Below the pieces are notes generated by a model. It saw only the letters and a program-made list of their open reading frames with translations. It ran no database searches and had not been told where the DNA came from. From the NCBI GenBank assembly GCA_034780895.1, contig JAUZTB010000069.1, positions 28,369,795 to 28,433,794 on the forward strand: a stretch of DNA of 64,000 bases, written 5' to 3'. This document shows, piece by piece, positions 37,986 to 50,800 of this stretch (position 1 is its first letter; each line of letters opens with the position of its first letter). A program made the translations under genes and the position numbers. This DNA is from Rhynchobatus australiae. Lineage: Eukaryota.

Positions 37986-39372
37986 CCTAAGACTTTACCT
38001 AGTCATCTTATCTCATGAAGAAGAAAAGGAAAGATTTGTAACTTGGATTTTGATTTTGAAATTGTCTTACTTCCTTCCCATGCAGCAATGTGAGAAGAAG
38101 ACCAGCAACTGCTGAACAGAAAGGACTGAGGCACAAAGCTACAGCTGGAATGGTTCTCCGTGATCAAAGATTGCAGACTTGTAATGGCTCCAGACAGTCA
38201 GCGAGGAGGCAGGGTGGAAGATATCATAAGGGGGTAAAGACAATGGGGAGAACAGGTTCCTGCGTACAGCTAACTGCAAAAAGGGGGAGATCAGAGGAGA
38301 CAGAGATCACAGTGAAGGGAGATCAAGTGTTCCGTCAGCTGCACTGAAGAAAGTTCAACATAGAGGGAGAGATTGCAGGGCAGAGGAGATCTGGTGGTTA
38401 ATTAGTTACAGGTAGGAAGAGATCATGAGGATGGAGGCATTGTGTTCAGCCAGGAGAAAGATCATGGGGTAGGGAGGGACCACAGGGTGGGAGAGATTAT
38501 GAGGGAAGAAATGATGAAGAGAGGTTGTGTGGTCAGCTAGCTGCAGGGAGGAGGGACTGGAGCAGAGAAGTGTCTGCTGGCTGGTGGTGGCATTTCTGGT
38601 CTTCCTGGCCCAAAAGTAATGCTGGCAAAATACAAACCTGTTGGATCCATCTGCTCCCATTCATCTCTGAATTACACAGTGGTTATACTTTTATCNNNNN
38701 NNNNNNNNNNNNNNNNNNNNNNNNNNNNNNNNNNNNNNNNNNNNNNNNNNNNNNNNNNNNNNNNNNNNNNNNNNNNNNNNNNNNNNNNNNNNNNNACTTC
38801 TAACATTCTAACATTTTTACTTTTATTTTACTTATTATCATAAGTAGTTATTAATAAAGTAGTTTTTAACACATACATGTCTCGGTGTGTTTCTTTTGTT
38901 GCTGGTTCGTAATAGCAGATGTAAAACAATGGTGTAAAATTGTTCCTCTTTACGCATCCAATATTTATTCCTCAATCAATGAAACTGAAAATGATGATTT
39001 GAACCATCATATCACTGTGGGATCTTGCTGTGAACAAATTGACTATCATGCTTCCTGTATTACCACAACACTCACACTCCAGAGGGTTATCATCATCTGG
39101 GAAACACTGGAACTTGCCCTAAGTTTGGAAAGGCTGCAATGCAAATTCTTTTATCTTTTGGCTCACAGGATCACAAGACAAAGGAGGAGTAGTAAGCCAT
39201 TCGGCCCATCGAGTGTCCTTGTCACCCAGATTGGTCAGGCAACTTCCACCCCCTGCACCTACATCCCTTTCCTTTCCCCTTACCTCAATAGGGCTGTACA
39301 AAGCTGATGCACAGCTGAATAGTTTAACAGTTTCAATACAGCAAGGAGCTTGGTTAGTGCAAGCATCATTAC

Positions 39373-39465
39373 CCTCTCCTTCAGGGCCTGTAGCTCATCT
39401 GCTTGTTCCTGGAGAGACGAGAGCTTCGCTTCCTCCGTGACACGAGACTCCTTCCATGTGGCCAA
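39373..39465 (-). CDS. FKBP15: FKBP15 exon (LATWKESRVTEEAKLSSLQEQADELQALKER)
   Basis: tccag| ... |gtaat; 93 nt, phase 0/0; heptad pattern. Confidence 0.88.
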
Positions 39466-41784
39466 CTGGATATTGGGGGAAAGTCACCATGTGAGAACGC
39501 AGCAGCACTTCAGATGTACAGCGATACCTATCACTCCTACTCTAACTTTATCACATTAAAATTTACAGACAGAAGCAGGTCATTTGACTGAACTGGTTTG
39601 TACCATTGTTTGTACTCCAGACGTGCTTCCTTCAATCTATTTACCAAACCCTTCCAGCAAATCCTTCTACTCCTTTATTCCTTATATGTTTACGTAGCTG
39701 GTCTTTAACCTCGTGTTATTCATAACGCCACGATGTAGATTAATTAAGTCGGGAGTGATTCTGAACTAAAAGAACACTGGGAATGCAAACAAGATAGTAT
39801 GCGTGGAAGGAGACAAACTCAAGTTAGTCTTACAGGTGGGTGACTTGACACAAAGGTGGCTTGTTGATTGTTACCTCACTGATGGGTATTTCCAGCATTC
39901 TTGTTTCAGATTACTAGGAAGTTTCAAGTTTTAGTTTGGTTTGCTCCCCCCCCCCCACCGACCCGACCACCCCCTGCCACCACTCCTGTTCTCATTTATC
40001 TTCTTCTGTTTACAACCCCCTTAAGCAGATCAGCTTTGATTAAAAAGCAATGACTATGTACCCTGTCATAGACAGGACTAACAGCAGTTTTTCCTAGATT
40101 GTCTTGCCCTTCAGCCTATCACAGACATCCCATCTGTTCTCTCCACGTACGCACTCAGCACGTTTTCTCACTTTTCTAGTTCTGGGGATTGATAATCAAC
40201 CCAGAATGTTAACTCCTTCTCTCCCCAAAGAAATTGTTGGGTATTTGTTTCCAATGGGTTCTAATTCTCACTGCCATGATGGAGCATTTTCTGTTGTTAT
40301 TTTAGATTTTTAACATCTGCTATTTTTTTTTGCTTTAAAATCAATACCTGAATAAACACTCAGTATACAAGAGCTAAAGTGAGATTAGTTCCACAGTGTT
40401 TTCAGCCAATCTGGACACTGGGTAAAACAGCCATCTCCTGTGCTGTAAATTTCTAATGATAATTTTTGCAATCTTGTGAATTAGTTCACTAACTCTGCTA
40501 AAATTAACAGTGAGGTGACTAAGATTTACAATTTCAGCAAAGAATTAAGGAATGGAAAAAATTAACGAGCATGGCATGCTATTTAAAAAGATTGTAAAAG
40601 CTTACATTAGTATGCAGATAGGAAGTGATTAACAAAAGTAAACACTTTCAGCTAGAGACAGCAGAAATTGTAACATTCACAAGGAAACAGTCCAGACATT
40701 AAATAAATACTTTGCAACTGTCATCAGGTTAGAAGGCACAAGACATCCCAGAAACAGTGGAAGTCAAGGTTACAAGCAGAAGGAAGATTTTAAAGAAATT
40801 AATATTAATGGTACTAAAAGTAATCTGTTCCCCTGGGTCTGATGACCTACATGAATTCATGAAGGGGGAAGTGGTGAGAAAATAAGGAATCATGTGGGAA
40901 AGTGGAGTTAAAGCAGATTGATTGCATTGAATGGTGGAGCACTCTCCTCCTGCTCCCATTTGTTGGATTCTATTAATGGAACCATTGGCAGGAGTAATAA
41001 ATCAGTTATCATTACTGTGACATCTATCAGGGGTTGGTCTTTCTTTTTGCTTTGGACCTAAGGTTTATAAACACCCTGCAGAAACAGGAACAACTTACTG
41101 CACACAGGAAGGAGAAATAATGGGAAGTACAAGCACCCTGTAAATGGAGCTGAAATTGCTCTGGATAAAGATGTACAGTCAAGAGGGTTTTGCATATTTG
41201 ATAATCAACTTATCCAATCACTAAAGAGCAGAGCTAATAAAATGTTGCATTGAGAAATTTGGAACAGTAGAGGACGTCAGAAGAATTAAGAAATCAGAAT
41301 GATTTCTAAGATGCAACAGATAGGCGATGCCAAGGTCATTTTTGAACCCCCGCTTGTGCCGGTATTCAAAAAAAAATCAAGGCACTTTGTATTGGAGGGG
41401 CAACTAGGACCATCACACAAACACAATGTAAATCATACCGAGACACATTCTGCAGATACATCATGCAAATAATCTTACATCTATCAGTAAAATTGATAAG
41501 GTTTGATTGCTATAGAAATGTTGGGCACGTTCACACAATGGCAAATTAAAGAATGCAGAAATCCCAGCTTCAGTATACTGTACTCCTGGAGCATCCTTGG
41601 CCTCTCCAGGAAGTTAAAAACCTCAATGCCTGACATAAACTAGCTTCAACAACAGACCATGGCCGCACTAGATAACTCAGTGAGTAGATTACTGCCAAGT
41701 GTTATGCTGAGTCTACTGGTTAGGGCTGGATTTGCTGATCTCACAGCTAGTGCAACTGAGGTTGTGCTATGGATCAAACCACAA

Positions 41785-41965
41785 AGCACTGGAGGAACTC
41801 AGCAGGTTAGGCAGCATCTATGGAGAAAAATGGACAGTTGACGTTTCAGGACATGACCCTTCATCAGGACACTGTGCTATGGATACAGAGTTTCAACCCA
41901 AAACAGCGACAATTCCTTTCTCCCACAGATGCTGCTCGACCCGCTGAGTACTCCCAGCAGATTGT
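41785..41965. mobile_element. palindromic mini-element built from two inverted Penelope termini
   Basis: ctggaggaactcagcaggttaggcagcatct... and ...agatgctgctcgacccgctgagtactcccag are inverted arms. Confidence 0.75.
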
Positions 41966-42491
41966 TGTTGAAGTTGTGCTATAATTGACTTCAAAGATCT
42001 GGGTTAGGAGAAAAGTGAGCACAGTGGAGCAACAGTTAATGCTACTGCCCTCCCAGCTCCAGGGACCCAGATTTAATCCTGATCTTGGGTGCTATCCTTG
42101 TGGAATTCTCCCACTGTCAAGTACATTGTACAACCTGATGCTCCAGCTAGTGCACTGAGGATAGGATGCACTTGAGATGTCAATCTGAGGCATCATCTGT
42201 CTTCTCAAGTGAACACAACCAGATTCCACAGTACGACTAGTACATTAATAATATAATAAAACTTATTAAAACATTTTAACATCGGCACTTGCTGCAAAAA
42301 TCAGCTAACTCAGCACTGACTAGAAGCAATGAACAAATTTGATACCAACAAACATTAGGAAATATGAGAGATGACAGAAACTTGGTCAAAGTAGTATGTA
42401 CAAAATATGTACCCTAAATATGTACAAAAAGGGAGGGACATGGCTATGGAGAGATTCAGAAAGAAGGACAGTAAATTAATAGAAACCTCAC

Positions 42492-42644
42492 CTTGGCCTC
42501 CAGCTGTGAAATCTTAAGTTGCTGGGATTCCCGCTGTTCACAGACTTCTCGATACTGCTGGTTGTGCTGTTCCTTGGCTGATGCAAGCATCCGGTCACAC
42601 TTGGCTTGCCACTGTGATTCCAGCTCTGCTTGCATCACTGAAAT
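42492..42644 (-). CDS. FKBP15: FKBP15 exon (ISVMQAELESQWQAKCDRMLASAKEQH...QLEAK)
   Basis: tccag| ... |gtgag; matches human LSLVQAELQTQWEAKCEHLLASAKDEH. Confidence 0.95.
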
Positions 42645-43644
42645 CTGGAGGAAAAAGGAAGAAATACATCTCAACCAACTCCTGTTCACATCCCAATAAG
42701 GATCATCTAATATGACATGCTGGAATAAAATTCTTCAAAGAAAACAGATGTGCACAGATGCCCCATAGCATCCACATTCTGATACGAAGGCATACAAGAT
42801 GAAGCTATTTCCAATTTGTCTATTTTAATATACACTAAGAGAAAAAAGATCCCCCAATCAGACAGCTGACATCTTCTGATCCCTGCCCAATCCTTAGTAA
42901 AACTTCTAACTCTACATCCAGGCCACCTACTACCTCCTACATAAGCAGCACCTCTACCTCAACTTGTTTGCTCCTGAAACCCTCATACAAGCTTATTTGC
43001 TGCTAGTTCCAACCGCTCCAATGCTCTTCCGGCCCCCCTCTCACTTAGTACCAGACAGACTTAGTACTTACCTAAAATGATGTTGGCCTGTATTCTCACT
43101 CTCAGAAATCGCCATTCACCACCACTTTTGTGGTTACTTGCTAACTTCAGATGCAACAACGTGTCTCCTTCCCGTTTCTGATCAACAGTCCATTGTCCTG
43201 TGTGTCACTTCTCTGGAACTTCCCATTCTGAAACCCTCCTACGATCTTCCAACTCCAACCTTGTTCTTATGTCTTTGCAAACTACCATGCCAGAGAATTC
43301 GGGAAGCAAATACATCTCCTTCCTCTCAAATCTCTTAGAGGTTGCTAGTGGCCTGTCTCATAATAGGCTTGTGTGAGGTTCAAGATTATTTGGTAATTGT
43401 AAAAACAATGATATAATTTCTGGGATTTACCTGAAGTGGTTGCAATTTAAAAGTAATAATTGCAGTGTGCTTAGATCCTGATGAAACAGAGAACTTAAGA
43501 CTCTATACTGCCCTCTGTAAATTAACACAAGACATGTCTGCAATTCAGAGTTGTTCAAATAGCTGCCTACTTCATTCATCCACCTCTGCAAAGATCAGGA
43601 GCAGTTCCAAGTAAGGCTCTACACTGTAGTGCCAACTTCTTTAC

Positions 43645-43800
43645 CTGCTCTGCCGCAGCCTGATCAGTTGATGACCGGGTTTTCCTCAGCAATGATCGTA
43701 CATTTTCCAGCTCCTCCTCGTATGATTTTCGGATTTCATCCATCTCTTCCTCTGCTCGCTGCCGCTCTGTTATCGCTTTCCTCTTCCTCTCTGCTAAACT
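43645..43800 (-). CDS. FKBP15: FKBP15 exon (SLAERKRKAITERQRAEEEMDEIRKSYEEELENVRSLLRKTRSSTDQAAAEQ)
   Basis: gtcag| ... |gtaaa; matches human ...EEEIDEIRKSYQEELDKLRQLLKKTRVSTDQAAAEQ; not in the ORF track. Confidence 0.95.
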
Positions 43801-44710
43801 CTGACCACAGAAGACTCAATGACCACAAGATCTTCCAACAGCTGCCGAGATAATTTCTGTCCATCTAACCTCACCCTTCCAGACCTTCTCCTCCGCCCTC
43901 CACAACACCCCGCCCCCCCAACNNNNNNNNNNNNNNNNNNNNNNNNNNNNNNNNNNNNNNNNNNNNNNNNNNNNNNNNNNNNNNNNNNNNNNNNNNNNNN
44001 NNNNNNNNNNNNNNNNNNNNNNNNNNNNNNNNNNNNNNNNNNNNNNNNNNNNNNNNNNNNNNNNNNNNNNNNNNNNNNNNNNNNNNNNNNNNNNNNNNNN
44101 NNNNNNNNNNNNNNNNNNNNNNNNNNNNNNNNNNNNNNNNNNNNNNNNNNNNNNNNNNNNNNNNNNNNNNNNNNTCTGACCTACTCAGTATTTCCAGCAT
44201 TGCTTGTCTTTATTCCTTAATCATGCTCATTTGTCTTTACTGGCTTCGGAAAGTTAAACCAAATATTTAGATCATACAGATAGTTCATGCAGCTTTTGAC
44301 TCTTCTCCGTACCCCTCCACAAATAAGTTAATTTTGACCAAGATTTTTCAACAAATTTCAACTACTGAACTTCAATAATGCAAATCTCTGACAGCAAGGT
44401 GCTTCAGCATTCCCAGAGGTTGTTAAAAGCACAAAAAAAAGCCTTTTTCAATATCATTCCTTCAGGTGAGAACAGTATGGAAATAGGAAGCAGTTCATCC
44501 TTGGTCCCCTTTTGATAGAGTACCACCTTATTTTCAAGTTGAGTCTGACAGAGTGAAGGATCACTGGGAATGCCTAGGTAGAAAACTGCACATCACAACC
44601 TTACAGGACTTCAGCAAGCTGCAAAGTCACAATAGCACGGAATTTCACAAAGGAAACCCTCTGGATTAGTAACAGCTACAGCCCACCAAGTTCTACACTT
44701 CCAACCACAC

Positions 44711-44847
44711 CTTTTCCAGATTATCCTTCTCAGCTCGAAGGTCCACAAGCTCTTCCTCCATGCTGGTAACCTTTACTTCCAACTGCTTACGGCTTTGCTT
44801 CTCAGCTTTGCACTTGGTCTGAGCCCGATCCGATGCATCCTGCAGCT
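44711..44847 (-). CDS. FKBP15: FKBP15 exon (ELQDASDRAQTKCKAEKQSRKQLEVKVTSMEEELVDLRAEKDNLEK)
   Basis: ctcag| ... |gtgtg; matches human ELQETSEQAQSKFKSEKQNRKQLELKVTSLEEELTDLR. Confidence 0.95.
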
Positions 44848-45489
44848 CTGAGGTAGACAAGCAGTGAAACAAATCAGCTACCTTGCATCTACCAAACCAG
44901 ACAGAGCAGAGACAGCCAGATACAAGTTCCTCATGGACTCGCACCAATCTCTGCCTGCATTACCGTACCACACCTCTGAAATGCACCACAAGCAAACCTA
45001 TAAGAAATACAATCACAAGGTTGGTTGGACACAGCTCAGAACTCCTAACCATGACTTTGATGAAATGGCAAAGTGATAACTTGTTTCAGCACTGGTGCAG
45101 CGACCTGTCGTACCAGGATACTACAAAAGGTAAAGCAATGACTTGAACATGATTGTTTTTGGCCATAGTTTCCCACAAAGCCTCTACCAAAACTTAGCAA
45201 TGTTAATCAAAGAAAAAGTAAGAAAGCAAATGACTGATGCTTCTTAAATATGAGGAATGAAAAATAAAGACACAATATCTGCCTGAGTTTTCCCAGGCAC
45301 TGGTCATAGGACATTCTGTAAAAATGCTATTATGTTGCACAACCTCATTCTACCCTACGGGATTGTGCCAGCTTTTTTCAATGAGCTATTGCCCATTAAT
45401 CCTGATCCCCTGCTCCTTCCACAGTCATGAAAAACTCTTCTTTGAATACATCTCCAATTAACTTCTAAAAGTTACTATTGAATCTGGTC

Positions 45490-45960
45490 TTTTTCAGCAA
45501 TCTTTCAGGATTGGGGATGGCTGATGAGGTCCATGTGAGAACGGCAAACACTTCCATAAATGGGACAGATGGGTAGTTTGCGAGATAGTACTGTCCTTCT
45601 GCTGCTTACACTGGGCTTGCTGCACGTACAAAGTTCTCAATACCACCCAAAATCCTCCTCCTCCACTCTGAGCAAGCAGGGACCACGATTTCCCAGGGGT
45701 CAGTGAAGATATTGCATTTCCTTCAGTTTTCCTGTCTTCCTGGTAATCTCCCCTCATGAGGAAGCTCAGAATAAAGTGGCTGTTTTGGGAGGCTCGTATT
45801 GGGAATGTTAGCAGAGTCCATTGCGTGTAACCAGGCCTCAATGCTGGGGACATTGGCCTGAGAGAAGATGCTGACAATGGTTCACTTATCCTTCTAGAGT
45901 TTCGAGGATTTTGTGGAGACAGCATCGGTAGCATACACTGTCCAGGTCTCAGAAACACAT
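45490..45960 (-). mobile_element. RTE-clade LINE RT C-terminal fragment
   Basis: reverse translation gives RCCLHKIL...FSQANVPSIEA...LPKQPLYSEL...GRLPGRQ, typical of the RTE ORF tail; frameshifted. Confidence 0.65.
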
Positions 45961-46364
45961 AGAACAGGAGGGATCACCGCTGCCCAGGTTTGAGGTTTTG
46001 TTCTTGAAACACCCTTTCCTTCAACCAGCTATGCTGGTGCACCAAAGGTGGTGGTGAATTTCATCATCGATATCATCTGCTTTTATTACCCTTTCATTCC
46101 ATACTGTAACAACTTGCAAAGTAAATAAAAGCTAATCTGTCTGGTTCTTTTGCCACTTAAATCCATATCCTCTTGTCACCTATTGCCCCAATCAAAACAT
46201 TTCACATCTATTCAATAAAAATCCTTAATTTTTGAACACCTCTATTAACTTCACTGCTATGACAAAAATCCAGCTCTGACCTCCCTACATAAGTCCGTTC
46301 AACGACTCTGAGCCCCCATTCTGTAAACTTACGCATTTTTTCGTATGGTATGCTGGCCCAGAAG

Positions 46365-47420
46365 GTTAGGCATATAGGAACCGAGGAGAGCTGGCTCACT
46401 GGATCCAAAATCAGCTTGGTGAAAGGAGGCAGATGTAGAGGTGGTTTTCCCAAATTGGACGTCTGTCACTCGTGGTGTACCACAGGGATCAGTGCTTGGA
46501 CCTTTATATATTAGTGACTTGCATGTCAATGTAGGAGGCACGATTAGCAGGTTTGCAGCATGAAAATTGGCGGTGTTATGAATAGCAAGGAAAGTTAGTC
46601 AAGCAGGATATATATTAGATGGAAAGTTGGATTGAGCATTGGCAGATAGAATTTAATCCTGACAGGTGCGCAGAGATGCATTTTGGGAAGTCAAATAGGG
46701 GTAGAACACACATAATAAATGGTAAAGCACTAAGGAACATGGTGACCAAGAGTCCCAGTCCATAGTTCCCCAACAGTGGCAATACAGGTTAGTAGGATCA
46801 TGAAGCATGTACATGGCATGGTTATCTTTACAGATAAAGAATACAAGAGTTGAGAAAACATGAGTTAAAATACTCCTTGAAGTACTGTGCGCAGTTTTTG
46901 TGAGCACACTCCAAGGAGGACGTGATTGTACTGGGGAAAGTGCAGAGAAGACTCACCAGGACGTTGCCTGCATCAGAGGACTCCAGTTATGGGAAGGAGA
47001 TCGGACAGGCTGGACTTGTTTTCCCTGAAGCAAAGGAGGCTGAGGGGTGACTTGATACAAGGATATCAGATGATAGGTAAAGATAGGGTAGATAGTCAAA
47101 ATCTTTCTCCTCTATAGCAGTAATCTCAAAATTAAGAGGTCATAGATTTAAGGTGAAAGGAAGGATTTTTAAAGGGGATCAGCAAAGTTAGTTTTGTTTT
47201 ACAGAGAGTGGATGATATCTGGAACGTGCTGCCAGACATAGTGGTGGAAGCAAATACAATCACTATGTGTAAGAGACATTGAGATATGCAGTTAAACAGG
47301 CAAGGCATAGGGAGATATGGTCCAAATGCAGGCAAATGGGATTAGAGTAGATGGGCAAGAAGATCAGCGTGGACATGGTGGGCTGAATGGCCCAGTTCTA
47401 TGCTATATATCTCAATGACT
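46365..47420 (+). mobile_element. CR1 LINE fragment (RT domain to 3' end)
   Basis: ggtgtaccacagggatcagtgcttggacc = GVPQGSVLGP; LFSLKQRRLRGDLI; CR1 3' tail. Confidence 0.85.
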
Positions 47421-47630
47421 CCATCATAACGAAGAGGCTTAGAGAGGAACCTAATCAGTGAATTAACCCAACTTGTTTCTAAACTGTTTATTTTGTTTAA
47501 ACAAATGCCAGGATCCCTCATGTTTTCTCAAATAGCATCTATTGCACCACCTTCAAATGTATACATACAGCTCCAAGTCTCTCTTCCCTCTTACTGCATT
47601 CATAATTCAAATTATGAACCTCCTGTGTAC

Positions 47631-47802
47631 CTGTTAACTGGACTTCCACACTGTTGAGCCGCAGCCCTTGCTCCTCTGCCTTCTGCTGTGCTGAGGCAAG
47701 CTGACTGCGCAGCTCCATCTCTTTCTTCTGATGGGCTGTGAGCTCCAGCTGTAGCTTGGCAACCTGGCTAGTGGCCACTGCTAGTTCCTCAGTCACTTTC
47801 AC
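47631..47802 (-). CDS. FKBP15: FKBP15 exon (VKVTEELAVATSQVAKLQLELTAHQKKEMELRSQL...VQLT)
   Basis: tgcag| ... |gtaca; matches human AKVTEELAAATAQVSHLQLKMTAHQKKETEL. Confidence 0.95.
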
Positions 47803-50800
47803 CTGCATCACAAAAAAGGAAAAGAAAAAACAAGACTCACTTCACCTCAATAGCTTTTTAAGAAGAGAATTTTATATTTCCATTACCTTTTAAGAGATAG
47901 AGTGCTTGATGACCCTTTGGTCCAACTTTAAGGTAATATACCAGGTTCTAGAATCCCATACCAGTTAGAATAGTTTCCATCCACCCTATAAACTCTTTAT
48001 ACTAAGAAATTCAGCCAGATCACTGCTTTANNNNNNNNNNNNNNNNNNNNNNNNNNNNNNNNNNNNNNNNNNNNNNNNNNNNNNNNNNNNNNNNNNNNNN
48101 NNNNNNNNNNNNNNNNNNNNNNNNNNNNNNNNNGCAAGTAGAACTGAACATTGCATTCTCAAAGGCATCTAACTGTAATATAACTTGCACCTCTTTGCAT
48201 TCCAGCTCCATTGAGATAAAGAACAATCAACTAGCTTCTTTCAATTAAAAACGGCTTTGTTTCCCTTCAGTGATCTCTGTGCTTGTACCCAGTAATCTCT
48301 CTGCTCTTCCACAATTCATAGCTTCCCATCATTTTGAAAATACTCTTTTCTCTTTCTTGGCTGCGAAGGGAATGAGTTTGCAATCCCAACATTGGATAAA
48401 ACCATGAGGAATTCTGTTAATCTGTTAATCCCCTTTGGCACTGTTCTTTTACCATCTGCGATACCCAATGTGCCAACTAAAATGGTTGCACAAATCAGTG
48501 CAACTTCAGAATCAAAGTAATTTTGGAAGATGACTGGAGCATGTACAATTCCTCACTTATTTTTAATAGACTGAGGTGGGAAACCATTGGTCTTGGATAT
48601 AAGTGAATCTGTAGACTTATTATTGTTTCCATTACTATTTTAATTTTAGACAGCAAGTACCTACCATTTTAGGCAAGAAAATCTTCAGTTTCAGTTTTCT
48701 CTGATTTCCTCTCAAAGTATTTACGTAAACCTTTAATGTTACCCCTGATATCACCCACATACATTGTTTCTATGGATCTTATTAATCTTCTTAGTGTTCT
48801 GGATATAGTCTTCCTCTCTCCTGATAACAGGATCTCTACTGTTCTAGCAAGCACAAATGTTTTCTTTTAGTTGCTTATCATTTCTCATTTCCTCTTCAAG
48901 GGTCATAATTACACACTTAGACCTCTTATCATCTGGGCTATTTTTAGATCTTGTGTTCTACCATTTGTTTCAACATCACCCAATGTTCTATCTGCTGTTT
49001 TGCCTGGTTAACAGTTCTACAGTGTTTAATTTCTTTCTCACAACTCCAAATTTTAGCTTACTTAAAATTAAAACCGTAGTTTTTGACTCCCCCTTCACCA
49101 ACACAAAGCTATTAGTGGATTACCGACTACTTCAGGCTTAAAACTCGTAACTAAACCTAATGTGATTTGTTCTCTCCTATTGTGCCAGAAATCTCCGTGA
49201 AGAGAATTAAAATTACCCATGTATTTGAGCCTCGAATTATTTTGCTTTTCCCAATCTGAGAAAATTCATGATTCCCACCTTTGTTCACTTGCTTTTGCAA
49301 AAAGCTTCTCCAAACTTCACTGCTTTATTACTGACACTGGGATGTTTGGAGACAACTCCTAAAGCCCCACATGGTTTCCGACTTCTCACTTCCATGCAGA
49401 GTTTCCACTGTCTGCTCACCCTTATGGATGCCCTTCCATGCTATTGCAGATCCTCTATCGATGCTGGTAAACCCACTTTCCCAATTTCACTTTTTTTTTA
49501 AAAAAAGACAATAATTACCTCCCCATCATGCCCAACTTTAAGTAACTCTCAATGGCAGGCAGCCAATACATCATACACTGTAAATTTCAAACTTACTTCT
49601 TTTAAGCAAGCATTTTCATAAACATTTTCTATAATTTTTCTGTGGCTTTGATATCATTCCCATTTCCTGAGTCCAAAATACTTAAATGTTATGCTTGTAG
49701 GGTTAGGGTCAATGACTCCCTTCTCAACTCTTTATCTGTAGATTATTTTCAAAGGTTTGGCTCATAGCAAAAGACCAGTTCCTCACACTGATGCCAAAAT
49801 GCCTTGAAATAGTACACCTTTTTACCACACCACTCCTTCCACTACATTTCTATCTAGTCCTTCTCACTTTGGCAACCAACAGCTCAGCAATGCTCAAGTC
49901 AGTGACGGTCATCTTTCCCCCATTTTTCCCATTATCCTGCTTTGTACCAATTCTACATGTTTTGCATCCTGCACAATCCCCCCCAACACACAGCTCAGCA
50001 TTGCACACACCATTGGAATAAACATAGACAGCCCTGTCTTTTAACATGACTAGACTTGTACTGCCCACAAAGACTTACATGTACAAAATACCATTGAAGT
50101 TCTGAACCTTTTGAAATACACAAGAACCCTGTACTAACCAGAGCAATCCATCAATATCTATGTACATCACAATGCATTAATCCACACTGCCCTTGAATTC
50201 ACAGCTCAATGACCCAGCACAACACTGAGTAGCTCTGTGCCAACCCACACATAGCTCTCTACTATAAACTAGACTCAACAGCATAGATTAATAGATTATA
50301 GCCCTAAAGCAGAATGCAGGTAGAATATGATTTATCCAACAGAGCAATGCTATTCTGCAGGTACTTGCATATATTGACAGAACTACACCAGATTATAAAA
50401 TGTTTGATGTGACCAATGATGTACAGTGCCGCCAACAGGAGGGAGATCCAGGAAGAGAATTAGAAGGGATAAAGAAATGACTGAATAGAATCGATATTTA
50501 AGGAATAACATTACCTCAGAATCTCCTCAACTGAGAATCCAAAATTAGACTAAAATATTGCAGGTGTGAAAGTGGGCACAAAATTGTGGTCTATAGCCAA
50601 AATAACTCCAAATAAAAAACTTTCCATAATAAATGGAACTTGGCCATTTGTCTTGTTCGTAACAATGCTTTTTCAACTATTAAATGTTATATCTGGGATA
50701 CCATTTTCCCAGCATCATGCTGTGTTGTAAACACACAAGCTGCAACTCAAACCTGTTGGTAGAATCCTCATGTTACATACCTGACAAGTACTACATGCAG

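Noticed and set aside
45494-45958. 154-aa ORF on the - strand
   Set aside because: Off-frame reading of a decayed RTE-like LINE fragment
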